Below are positions 51,272 to 60,145 of a DNA stretch of 64,000 nucleotides, piece after piece. The stretch comes from Alkalispirochaeta sp. (GTDB taxonomy: Bacteria > Spirochaetota > Spirochaetia > DSM-27196 > Alkalispirochaetaceae), in contig CBDESZ010000007.1 of NCBI GenBank assembly GCA_965242725.1, positions 1 through 64,000 on the forward strand, read 5' to 3'. The first letter of the stretch is position 1; each line of letters begins with the position of its first letter. The position numbers were made by a program, and so were the translations under genes. Under the pieces are notes generated by a model. The model saw nothing but the letters and a program-made list of their open reading frames with translations. It was not told where the DNA came from and did no database searches.

Positions 51272-52579
51272 TTATTTGATACCGCGTCCCGCGGTGTATT
51301 CGATCTCAATGAGGCTGCTTTTCAGGTTGTACGCTTCCTGAAGGAGAGCAAGTCGCGCCTCTTCGACATCCGTCTGAGCTTCAATAAGAGATACAAAATC
51401 GGTCGTACCCCTCTCGTATGCTTCCCGGGTGAGGTTTTCGACTTCACGGGCAATTCCAAGATTCAACCTCCGAGACTCCAGAGCCGTCCGGGATCGTTCT
51501 ATGTTCCGTCGGAGGGAGTCATATTCCCTCCGTGCCCGATCCAGGGCATCCTGCTTCTCCAGACGCAGCGCTGATAGCCGGGCCGCCGACCGGTCTTCGG
51601 AAATACTCGTTTGTGAAAAGGGAAGCATCCCGTCGAGCCGAAAGGTGAGACCGACGCTGAGAGATCCGGAATCTGTCCACTCACCGTGAAGCGTATCGTT
51701 ATCGGGATTGAAGGGGTCCGCCGTAGACGGTGCGTAGCTTCCCGTAAGAGAAACGGTCGGAAGCCATCGACTCCGGTTCGCTGCGTAGAGCATCGCTTCC
51801 TGGGCCTGGATCTGCGCTTCGTATCGCGCAATGTCATTCCTGCTGCCCGCTTCAAAAGGGGGCAGGGATTGATCCGTCCCGTCTTCCGGAAGTGTCCCGT
51901 TGAGGCGGATTTCCTGCTGTTCCGCTATTCCGAGAAGGCTTTTGAATATCGCCAGAGAGTCTTCCATGGAAGCTTCGGTCCGCTCGTGTACCAGGCGCGC
52001 TTCTGCCAGCCGGAGTTCCGCCTGCTTCAACGTTCTGGAATCTACACGTCCGTTGTCGTAATCACGTCGGGTCTGACGAAAATTCTCTTCCGCGGTAATG
52101 ACGCTGCTTCTGTTCACCCCAAGCCGCTCCTGGACAAGAATGAGAGAGTAGAAGAGCTTGCGTACCTGCTCGGCTATATTTTCTTCCGCATCCTCGTATG
52201 AGAGACGCGCGGCGGCCATATTCCGGCGAACCGCTTCAACCTGTTGCACAATTCCCGGGGGAACCGCAAGTTGCGCGGAAATGGAATACCCCGCGGTTGT
52301 ATGGTAGGGCTCGGCAGGGAACGGCGCCGGGATCTCTTCGTTTCTCCGCGATAGAGATCCACCTGCACTGACAGTAGGTACAATGATATTCCACGCAAAA
52401 TCTGCCTGCCGTTCTTCCGTCGCAAGGGTGACCCGTTGCGCCCGGAGGAAAAGATTTTCTTTGAAGGCGCGTTCAATGGCTTCGGTCTCACTGAGTACAA
52501 GTTCCTGGGCGCCGACGGAGATAACGGCGCAGACGAGAAGAACAGTAGAAACGAATAAACGACGGTTTGTTTTCTTCAT
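51272..52579 (-). CDS. TolC-family outer-membrane efflux protein
   Basis: Signal peptide, two OEP-like repeats (LPTVSL, AYERG), and position first in an MFP-RND operon. Confidence 0.85.
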   Translation of the reverse strand: MKKTNRRLFVSTVLLVCAVISVGAQELVLSETEAIERAFKENLFLRAQRVTLATEERQADFAWNIIVPTVSAGGSLSRRNEEIPAPFPAEPYHTTAGYSISAQLAVPPGIVQQVEAVRRNMAAARLSYEDAEENIAEQVRKLFYSLILVQERLGVNRSSVITAEENFRQTRRDYDNGRVDSRTLKQAELRLAEARLVHERTEASMEDSLAIFKSLLGIAEQQEIRLNGTLPEDGTDQSLPPFEAGSRNDIARYEAQIQAQEAMLYAANRSRWLPTVSLTGSYAPSTADPFNPDNDTLHGEWTDSGSLSVGLTFRLDGMLPFSQTSISEDRSAARLSALRLEKQDALDRARREYDSLRRNIERSRTALESRRLNLGIAREVENLTREAYERGTTDFVSLIEAQTDVEEARLALLQEAYNLKSSLIEIEYTAGRGIK

Positions 52580-52624
52580 GGGGCGTAAGATGCGCCCACT
52601 GAAGTGTTATATCCATAACAGAGA

Positions 52625-52643
52625 GTTAAACAAAATATGAACA
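52625..52643 (-). promoter_or_regulatory. OmpR/PhoB-type direct-repeat box upstream of the TolC-like gene
   Basis: GTTAAACAAAATATGAACA, 46 bp from the start codon. Matches the 45024-45042 site. Confidence 0.65.
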
Positions 52644-52675
52644 AACAATACGGAGACGTCTCTCTTCCCGATGCC

Positions 52676-53299
52676 TCAATAGATCAGCATCGGCGTGCAT
52701 CCAACAAATTGCGACGATTTTGCCTGGGAGAGGATAAAATCCGCGACGTCGGCGCGTGAGATTCTTCCACCATGGATACCCTCAAGATCGGTCAAGACCC
52801 GATAGTTCCCCGTCCGTGGACCATTATTCAAAAAGCCTGGTCTGACAATGATCCAACGAGTGAGTGCGCGCTGAATGGTGCGTTCCTGGCGGTCTTTGTC
52901 GGCATATATTCTGCGCAGGACAAGGGGAAGAAAAACCCTGTCGTATAGGAAACCACAATGCCCTTTGCTATCGCCTGCGCCAAGACCGGTCACCGTGATA
53001 AGGAGTTGATCGGAGGAGAGCACCTTTGTAAGGTGTTCCGCGCAACTCGAAAAGAGGGTCGTCCTCTCCGTCACCCTTGCCGTACCCAGGCAATCACAGA
53101 CGACGTCCTGTCCATCGACAACTCTTGAGATCGATAGAAAATCCGTTGCATCTCCCGGGATGATTTCCAGATTTCCGTCAGTGACGGGCATCCGTGCGGG
53201 GTCGCGGGCGAGGGCCGTAATATTATGGCCTTCTGCCAGGGCCAGTTGTACCAGTTCCAGACCAATACCCCGGGTGGCACCTATTACAGCGATTTTCAC
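52676..53299 (-). CDS. NAD(P)H-binding flavin reductase-like protein (BLVRB/atypical SDR)
   Basis: Motifs IGATRGIG, WIIVRPG and ISRADVADF. GTG start after an AGGAGG RBS. Confidence 0.88.
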   Translation of the reverse strand: MKIAVIGATRGIGLELVQLALAEGHNITALARDPARMPVTDGNLEIIPGDATDFLSISRVVDGQDVVCDCLGTARVTERTTLFSSCAEHLTKVLSSDQLLITVTGLGAGDSKGHCGFLYDRVFLPLVLRRIYADKDRQERTIQRALTRWIIVRPGFLNNGPRTGNYRVLTDLEGIHGGRISRADVADFILSQAKSSQFVGCTPMLIY

Positions 53300-53477
53300 G
53301 ATGAGACCTCCTGTAGGTAAGAGACCTACAGCATGCATCCATTTTCGTAGATGAATATACCCCCCGATAACGTAACCTTCAGATCTCTGCGTGATCTTCC
53401 CACCATGAATGGATCGAGCATGACGAGACGGAAGCGCGAACCGAGACTTCGACTTTCATCGACGTTCCCACTTTCCA

Positions 53478-54074
53478 TCACACCACGATAAACGCCACCG
53501 AACCGAGGGTGAGGGCGCCGAGGGTCAGCCTGACAGCGCGGGAGGACCCCGGCGAGGTCATCATCGCGCCCAGGAGCGTACCGAAACCTGCCCAGAGGGA
53601 GATTGAAATCGGCGTGATCGCGACAAAGACCGCGATGATCACTATCGCCGACGGCACGTATGCCGGTCCCGACAGGGTATACACCGACATGGCGGTAACG
53701 GTCATGATGTACGCCTTGGGGTTGAGGTACTGAAATGCCGCGCCTTCAAGAAAGGACATCGGTCGTTCCCGGGAGACCGTTCCCGTCTTCCCGGGTGAGG
53801 AAAAGGCGATGCGAAAAGCCAGATAGACGAGATATGCCGACCCGGCGACCTTCAGTATGGTCCGCAGCACCGGCACCGATTCAAACAGCGCCCCGAGTCC
53901 GAGTGCGCTCAAGGCGAGGAGGCTCACAAGACCTGCGACGATTCCGCAAATGAAGGGTATCGTGCGGCGGTACCCGTAGGATGCACCCGATGCGGTAAGG
54001 AGCATGTTGTTGGGGCCGGGAGTGATGCTCATAGTAATGGCAAAGAGCAGCACCGGTATCAGAATCGTTTCCAT
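53478..54074 (-). CDS. LysE-family amino acid exporter
   Basis: Motifs SITPGPNN, GSAYLVYLA and FQYLNPKA. Confidence 0.92.
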   Translation of the reverse strand: METILIPVLLFAITMSITPGPNNMLLTASGASYGYRRTIPFICGIVAGLVSLLALSALGLGALFESVPVLRTILKVAGSAYLVYLAFRIAFSSPGKTGTVSRERPMSFLEGAAFQYLNPKAYIMTVTAMSVYTLSGPAYVPSAIVIIAVFVAITPISISLWAGFGTLLGAMMTSPGSSRAVRLTLGALTLGSVAFIVV

Positions 54075-54119
54075 ACGATCCTCCTTCTTCTCGGTATGCA
54101 TGGTAGGAGACGAATCACA

Positions 54120-54160
54120 ACCATAACAGACACAGATTGTTGACTTATCGACCATAACAG
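54120..54160. promoter_or_regulatory. Direct repeat ACCATAACAG x2, probable MocR-type binding site
   Basis: Identical 10-mers at 54120-54129 and 54151-54160, between the divergent lysE-like and mocR-like genes. Confidence 0.65.
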
Positions 54161-54168
54161 TTCACCCT

Positions 54169-55635
54169 TTGCCGGTGGAGGATTCGATACAGGATTCAAA
54201 GGGACGGACCCTATTCAAGTACGTCGAAATCGTTGATCACATCTCCCGGGCGATACAATCGGGGGCTATTCCCCGGGGGGACAAGCTGCCGTCACTGCGG
54301 ACGATGACCCGCCGATACGGGTGCTCCCTGTCGGTGGTGATGCAGGCGTACCGGGAACTGGAACGAATGGGTGTGGTCTACGCCCGGGAGCGGTCGGGAT
54401 ACTTCGCGGCGCCCTCCAGGCGGTTGAGGACACCGACGTTCTATCCCCGTGAAGGTGCCGGGAGCGAAGCACCGTCGGAACCGGTCAAGCCGGTGAGCAT
54501 CCTCGGCAGAATCGTCAACGCGAGTAACGACACGGATCTCGTGCCCCTCGGTGCGGGAATCCCCGACGCGACCCTCCTGCCCCTGAGCGGACTGAGCCGA
54601 TCCCTGATAAGGATGAGCCGTGATCGCACCACTCTGCTCCACGAGTACAGCAACGAGGCGGGGAGTAACGCCCTGCGCCGTCGGATCGCGCAACACATGA
54701 TATCCCGGGGAGTGACGGTCACCCCGGAGGAAATTCTGATTACCAACGGCTGTATCGAGGCGCTGAGTCTGGCGATACAGGCGTGCACCGCTCCCGGGGA
54801 CGCCGTAGCGGTGGAAAGCCCGGTATTTCTCGGAACGATTCAACTGCTCACCGACCTGCACCGCCGTATCCTTCCCGTCCCCACCTCTCCGGAGCGGGGT
54901 ATGGATCTGGACAGCCTGGAAGGACTCCTCACAAAGAACGAGGTCAAGGCGATCATCATGACCGCGGTTCACCAGAATCCCCTCGGCTTTGTGATGCCCC
55001 CGGAAGCGCGCCGCCGCGCCGTGGATATCGCCGTCCGGCACGGCGTTCCCCTCATAGAAGACGATATTTACAGCGAGACATCCTTCAATCACGAGACACA
55101 ATGGCCCCTGCGCAGCTTCGACCAGGGAAATACCGTGCTCTATTGTTCGTCCTTCTCCAAGACCCTCGGACCGGGCATGCGGATCGGCTGGTTACTTGAC
55201 GGGGCGCACCGCGAGCGTACACGGGCGCTCAAGACCGCAACCACTCTCGGAGTGGCGCCGCTCCTGCAGGAGGCGCTGGCGGATTTTCTCTCCACCGCGC
55301 GATACACCCACCACATGAAACGTCTGCAGACACAGATTGCCGGCCAGGCGCACACGTTGAAACACGTGATTCTGGACACCTGGCCCGATTCCATCGCCAT
55401 GACCGATCCCGCCGGCGGGTACTATTTCTGGGTGGAACTGCCGGAAACAATAGACTCCCTCACCCTCTTTGAAGCGGCCCTGAAGCGCGGCATCAGCATT
55501 GTTCCCGGCCAGGCCTTCGGCGGTCGCGACCGCTTTCGCAACTTCATCCGCCTCAGCTACGGCTCGCCAGTCACCGACCGGACGCGAACCGCGATAGAGA
55601 CGTTGGGGGCGATGATCGCGGAAGGCGATAGGTAG
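54169..55635 (+). CDS. MocR/GabR-family regulator (GntR HTH + PLP aminotransferase domain)
   Basis: HTH (KLPSLR...QAYRELE...RSGYF), EDDIY and SFSKTLGPGMRIGW. Confidence 0.95.
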   Translation: MPVEDSIQDSKGRTLFKYVEIVDHISRAIQSGAIPRGDKLPSLRTMTRRYGCSLSVVMQAYRELERMGVVYARERSGYFAAPSRRLRTPTFYPREGAGSEAPSEPVKPVSILGRIVNASNDTDLVPLGAGIPDATLLPLSGLSRSLIRMSRDRTTLLHEYSNEAGSNALRRRIAQHMISRGVTVTPEEILITNGCIEALSLAIQACTAPGDAVAVESPVFLGTIQLLTDLHRRILPVPTSPERGMDLDSLEGLLTKNEVKAIIMTAVHQNPLGFVMPPEARRRAVDIAVRHGVPLIEDDIYSETSFNHETQWPLRSFDQGNTVLYCSSFSKTLGPGMRIGWLLDGAHRERTRALKTATTLGVAPLLQEALADFLSTARYTHHMKRLQTQIAGQAHTLKHVILDTWPDSIAMTDPAGGYYFWVELPETIDSLTLFEAALKRGISIVPGQAFGGRDRFRNFIRLSYGSPVTDRTRTAIETLGAMIAEGDR

Positions 55636-55672
55636 CAGCCCCGAAAGACCGTTCCCGCGAGGTCTGCGCCGC

Positions 55673-56230
55673 TCACACCCGCTTCCACATCCAGATATCG
55701 GGCTTATGCGGCCCGTTTGCGTCGGGAATCACCCCGACAATGCGATAGCCGCACGATTCATAGAACTCGTAGGGGTGGTTCCCCACGTTCCGTATCGCCC
55801 GAATCTCCTCCAAGATATTGTCTCCGTCAATGTCCGTCAGAGACAGCGACGTCTGAAACCGCTCGTCGTCCGTCCCGAGGACGATACCGATAACGCCCCG
55901 CCCCCGTGCAATCCGCTCAATCTCCTCAAGGAGGCGCCGTCCGATTCCTTTCCTCTGATGCCGTGTGTCGACGACCAGGGGATGCATCTCCCACGTCTTT
56001 TCATACATGGGACGCAACCCGATCCACCCGCACAACACATCGCCCTCACGCAGGCCGATGCAGACGTTGGGCTTCGCGATGCACTCCTCCACTTCCCGGC
56101 GGGCGCTCTCATAATCCGGCCACGTGCGGTTGCCCAGTGCGGTAAAGGTCTCCGTCAGAATACGTGCCGCCTGATCGATCCATCCTTCCGATTCCGCAAT
56201 CACACAAAACAGATGATCCCCTCTGTCCAC
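55673..56230 (-). CDS. aac(6'): AAC(6')-I-like GNAT acetyltransferase
   Basis: Motifs WEMHPLVV, QRKGIGRRLL, LGTDDE..TSLS, NHPYEFY and GVIPDANG..KPDIWM match the AAC(6')-Ia/Ii-type pattern. Confidence 0.72.
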   Translation of the reverse strand: MDRGDHLFCVIAESEGWIDQAARILTETFTALGNRTWPDYESARREVEECIAKPNVCIGLREGDVLCGWIGLRPMYEKTWEMHPLVVDTRHQRKGIGRRLLEEIERIARGRGVIGIVLGTDDERFQTSLSLTDIDGDNILEEIRAIRNVGNHPYEFYESCGYRIVGVIPDANGPHKPDIWMWKRV

Positions 56231-56345
56231 GCTCGTTCCCTTTCTTTCAATTGTATATGTTGAACGCCGGCGTTCTGCGTAGCCGCATCGTATGCTGCCG
56301 GGCGCCCAACCGGCTCAATGGGCGTGCCCGTCGGCCGGACATCCG

Positions 56346-56789
56346 TCACTTCAGCTCCTCCGCAAGGCCTATAAGCAGCCCTTCGGGGCCGCAGATGTAG
56401 CACAGACGGTACGTATCTTCGTACTGCACCACCTCTCCCAGAAGCTTCACCTCGTACTTTGAAAGACTGCGCAGCGTCTCATCGAGATCATCGACGGTAA
56501 ACATGATCCGCAGATAACCGAGCGTGTTAACCGGTGCGGTGCGATGGTCGCCGACCACCGGGGGAGTCAGAAACCGGGAAAGCTCGATCCGGCTGTTGCC
56601 GTCGGGAGTCACCATCATGGCAATCTCCACCTCCTGATTGTCCAGACCCGTAACGCGGCCGGCCCACTCACCTTCGACGACGGCGCGTCCCACAAGACTC
56701 ATACCGAGGTCGGTAAAAAAGGCGATGGCGAGGTCCAATGATTCAACCACTACTCCCACATTGTCCATACGTTTGAGGGGCATTTCCAT
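56346..56789 (-). CDS. VOC/glyoxalase family protein
   Basis: Motifs MDNVGVVV, RIELSRF and RLCYICGPEG...LAEEL. Confidence 0.9.
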   Translation of the reverse strand: MEMPLKRMDNVGVVVESLDLAIAFFTDLGMSLVGRAVVEGEWAGRVTGLDNQEVEIAMMVTPDGNSRIELSRFLTPPVVGDHRTAPVNTLGYLRIMFTVDDLDETLRSLSKYEVKLLGEVVQYEDTYRLCYICGPEGLLIGLAEELK

Positions 56790-56877
56790 TTATCTCCCTT
56801 GAAGGAACGTTCATTTCGTGTTCGTCCCGGGTCGGTCGGTCGGCATTCCAGCCGTATGATACGGTACACCCGCCAAC

Positions 56878-57696
56878 TTACCGCAGCGGCGGAAGGGCGA
56901 TTTCAAAAAGGACGCTCGACGCGGTAGGCGGCACGGTCGTCAAATACCCGATCCCCAGTTCCAGCTTCCAAACGTCCATTCGGACAAAGGATCCTACCGC
57001 CGCATGATAGTCCGAGAACTCATCACCATAGTCCCAGTACGGTCCGCCGATAACGGAGAATGTCGGCCCTCGGGATGTGTCATTTGCGGCACGAATCGTA
57101 TCGATCAAGGCAAACTGATCATCGATAATGGTCCGATACGACTCTAGAACTCCGGAGATTCCGTTAATCGCCTCCCGGGTAGTTTCTACGTTCTCCCGCA
57201 AGGACGCAATGATCACATTCGAGTGTTCGTTCCCGGTCTTCAGGCTTTCCAGAATGGCCCCAAGCTCCGCGTTCAGAACGCGGATTTTTTCCATGCGCTG
57301 GTGATAATCGACGAGGAGTGTACCAAGTTCGCCTATCGCCACATCCTGGGCGGTGGAAGCGACATAGGCAAATCGATACGCGTCCGCCAGTTGCTTCTCT
57401 TCTTCTGATCTCAGAAACGTTATCGGTTCGTCATCAATGACAAAGCGCTCAACGATGGTGCTGTCCCGTCTGCCCACTTTCGCATACAGCTCCCGATAAT
57501 GGTCGATGAGGTTATTGATGTCTTGCTGCGTCAACTCATCGTTACCGTAAAAGGTGCCGCGAATGTGTTCCTGAACTTCCGGGCGTATCGAGCTGATCAC
57601 GGTGTCTTCCGGAAAGACCGGGCCAGTCTGTGTCCAGGCAATGGCGCCCGTCAATATCAGCATTGCTCCCGGAAGAATGTTCCGAAGGCAGCGCAT
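56878..57696 (-). CDS. Exported hypothetical protein with a coiled coil and C-terminal beta strands
   Basis: Signal peptide, heptad-rich middle region and amphipathic strands at the C-terminus. Confidence 0.65.
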   Translation of the reverse strand: MRCLRNILPGAMLILTGAIAWTQTGPVFPEDTVISSIRPEVQEHIRGTFYGNDELTQQDINNLIDHYRELYAKVGRRDSTIVERFVIDDEPITFLRSEEEKQLADAYRFAYVASTAQDVAIGELGTLLVDYHQRMEKIRVLNAELGAILESLKTGNEHSNVIIASLRENVETTREAINGISGVLESYRTIIDDQFALIDTIRAANDTSRGPTFSVIGGPYWDYGDEFSDYHAAVGSFVRMDVWKLELGIGYLTTVPPTASSVLFEIALPPLR

Positions 57697-58046
57697 TATT
57701 CACCGTTCTCCGAAGCCATTGACCCGGATCCCACGGTAGAAGTGAGCCAGTCGATACGATCCACCAGTTGCTTGCCCCTGAGCAGGAGCGCTTCCTCTTC
57801 GTCGTTCAGCCCCTGAATCATTTCGAGACCGCTCATAATTTCACCGGTCTCGTTGCGGAGCGCGTTGAGATACCGCACTTCCGATTCCCGGGCGGCGCGG
57901 TACTCTTCTTCCATCCGTGTCAGGGTAACGTCGATAAGGACATTTCTCATTCGCTGGAGTTCGAGGTATTGCACGAGCAACAACACACTCACGATGACGA
58001 GAGCCGCGATCAGAACGGCCGTCAGGGGCGTAATTCCACGTTCCAT
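57696..58046 (-). CDS. Hypothetical single-TM coiled-coil protein
   Basis: GGAGG RBS, N-terminal TM segment and helical C-terminus. Its stop overlaps the next start codon. Confidence 0.65.
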   Translation of the reverse strand: MERGITPLTAVLIAALVIVSVLLLVQYLELQRMRNVLIDVTLTRMEEEYRAARESEVRYLNALRNETGEIMSGLEMIQGLNDEEEALLLRGKQLVDRIDWLTSTVGSGSMASENGE

Positions 58047-58060
58047 AGATTCCTCCTCCG

Positions 58061-58687
58061 TTAGTTTTTCTTGTCGGGAAATATCGCTTCGCCTTTGGTA
58101 AGCCAGGAAACGCCGAATGCTATGAGGGCGATCGTCTCGCCCCAGAAGATAAACGACGATGTGTCGCCGGGCTCTCTGACCTGGAAATAGATAAAGATGG
58201 CAAAGAGCGCGCAGACCATGACGACCCCGCAGGCAATGTATATGCGATTCCTGACACGTTTCCGTGGCGTCCGCTTCTCCGGTGCAACTCCCCGGGTAAA
58301 GAGAAAGAGAGAGAAAAAGGAGAGGGTAAGAAAGAAGAGGGTTGCGCTGGCAAGATGGATCGTCCGGACCCAGGGCGGGAATTCACCCACTGCCGGAAAT
58401 AGGGCAACTCCTATGGCGAATATCGCCGCGGCATTGCCGGTCCAGTCGTCGAGCGGTTCATATCCGGCGTAAAAAAACATGAACAAACCGACCGCACACA
58501 TGGCACCGACAAATACGTCGCCCATCCGGGAATCGTAATACCCGCTGATTGAGGGTCCGATACCCGGTACGTCGCCGATAATATTGGTTCCGACCACAAG
58601 GGCCGCGGGCAGGAGAACGCCGATCCACCCGACGCTCTTTCGCAGCCCCATGTAGGAATACGTATGAATTTTGTACTTCTGATCCAT
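58061..58687 (-). CDS. DUF998-like membrane protein
   Basis: Six TM segments with motifs LRKSVG, SISGYY, HLASA and E.IAL.AFGVSWLTKG. GGAGG RBS. Confidence 0.7.
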   Translation of the reverse strand: MDQKYKIHTYSYMGLRKSVGWIGVLLPAALVVGTNIIGDVPGIGPSISGYYDSRMGDVFVGAMCAVGLFMFFYAGYEPLDDWTGNAAAIFAIGVALFPAVGEFPPWVRTIHLASATLFFLTLSFFSLFLFTRGVAPEKRTPRKRVRNRIYIACGVVMVCALFAIFIYFQVREPGDTSSFIFWGETIALIAFGVSWLTKGEAIFPDKKN

Positions 58688-58779
58688 GAATACCTCCTCC
58701 CGGTGACCTGATTCACATTGCCGGATACGGAACTCGGGAGAACATCCATGGCCCACAGAACAGAACCTGAAAAGCACTG

Positions 58780-58798
58780 TTGTGCCAATCCGGCACAA
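58780..58798. promoter_or_regulatory. Inverted repeat TTGTGCC-N5-GGCACAA upstream of the DUF998-like operon
   Basis: Perfect 7-bp arms about 95 bp upstream of the ATG at 58687. Confidence 0.4.
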
Positions 58799-58949
58799 AT
58801 TTCGCTATATTATAACACCATTGTATGAGATCATTGGTGGTGGAGTCCTATAACTTTTGGAGGCAATCCGGTTCACGATTTTGCGTTCAAGGTTGTCCCG
58901 ACGTTTCCCGGTGTCCCGCGTCATCAATAGCCGCCACGGCCGTCGCAGT

Positions 58950-60134
58950 TCAAAGTACTTTGAGTGCCTCGGACAGATCCTTTTGCAGAGTCTCCGGGGC
59001 ATCCAGTCCGATGTGGAGCCGGATAAGTCGTTCGTTGCCGTCGGCGATCACCCGTTCCGGAGAAAGCCTGGCGGCCATCGGAAATACGAGGCTCTCAAAT
59101 CCGCCCCAACTCACCCCGATCCGAAAGTGGCGCAGCTCATTGGTAAAGCGCCTGATCGCGACGACGGACGGGTCCGCCAGGGATATGGTGATCAGGCCGT
59201 TGCCTCCATGCATCTGCCGGGTAAAGAGTTCATGCTGCGGATGGGATGACAGCGGAGGGTATATGACCCGATCGACCTTTGGATGCCCCTGGAGATAGAC
59301 GGCGATCTTTGTCGCGCTCTCGTAATGCTGTTTCAGGCGGATCTGCAGGGTCCTGAGTCCGCGCTGTATCAGCCAGGCGTTGGATGGCGTGGCGATATGC
59401 CCGAGGGGGAGGAGTTCGCCCCAAAAAATGCGGTCCATCAGCGCCTTGGAGCCGATAACGACACCCGCAACGAGATCGCTGTGCCCACCTATATACTTGC
59501 TCACGGAGTGAACGACCAGGTCGATTCCGAGCTCCAGCGGATGCTGGTACAGCGGCGTCGCCCAGGTATTATCGATAACCGTGTGCACGCCTCGTTGTCG
59601 TGCCAGCTCACCGACGGTCCGGAGATCCTGAAGCCGAAAGGTCACGCTTGTCGGCGACTCGAGGAATATGAGCCTGGTCTGTGGTGTAAGGGCGGCTTCA
59701 AATTCGTCCACCGAAGTACCCGGCACAAAGGTGACACTCATACCAAACCGCGCGAGATAGGTCACAAACAGGTAGCGGGTCCAGGAGTAACAGTCCTCGA
59801 CGCATACGACGTGGTCACCGGCCTGCAACAGCGACATGGACGCCGCAGCGATCGCCGAAACCCCGGAGGAGAACATTCTCGCATCCTCCCCTCCTTCAAG
59901 GGCGGCAAGTTTTGTCTCCAGATCTCGAATGGTGGGGTTGTTTCCCCGGCTGTACAGGTATGACCCGCTCTGGTCGGTGATTGCCTCGCGAAACGCGTCG
60001 AAATCGGCGTGGGAGAAGAGGGATGTCTGATAGATCGGTGAGGTGATCGATCCGTGAGGAGTCGCGCCGGGAGGATCTTCCATAAGGATACGCGCCGGAT
60101 CGTCGGACGCACGGGCGATACCCGCTTCGTTCAC
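58950..60134 (-). CDS. PLP-dependent Cys/Met metabolism enzyme (cystathionine gamma-synthase/lyase family)
   Basis: Motifs PIYQTS, YSRGNNPT, DNTWATP, HSVSKYIGGHSD and VSWGGFESL. Confidence 0.93.
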   Translation of the reverse strand: MNEAGIARASDDPARILMEDPPGATPHGSITSPIYQTSLFSHADFDAFREAITDQSGSYLYSRGNNPTIRDLETKLAALEGGEDARMFSSGVSAIAAASMSLLQAGDHVVCVEDCYSWTRYLFVTYLARFGMSVTFVPGTSVDEFEAALTPQTRLIFLESPTSVTFRLQDLRTVGELARQRGVHTVIDNTWATPLYQHPLELGIDLVVHSVSKYIGGHSDLVAGVVIGSKALMDRIFWGELLPLGHIATPSNAWLIQRGLRTLQIRLKQHYESATKIAVYLQGHPKVDRVIYPPLSSHPQHELFTRQMHGGNGLITISLADPSVVAIRRFTNELRHFRIGVSWGGFESLVFPMAARLSPERVIADGNERLIRLHIGLDAPETLQKDLSEALKVL

Positions 60135-60145
60135 TTCGTCCCCTC

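Noticed and set aside
58773..58806. Sigma54 promoter
   Set aside because: The minus-strand TGGCAC...GC has 9-nt rather than 10-nt spacing. The plus-strand match has correct spacing but points at no gene. Kept only as an inverted repeat.
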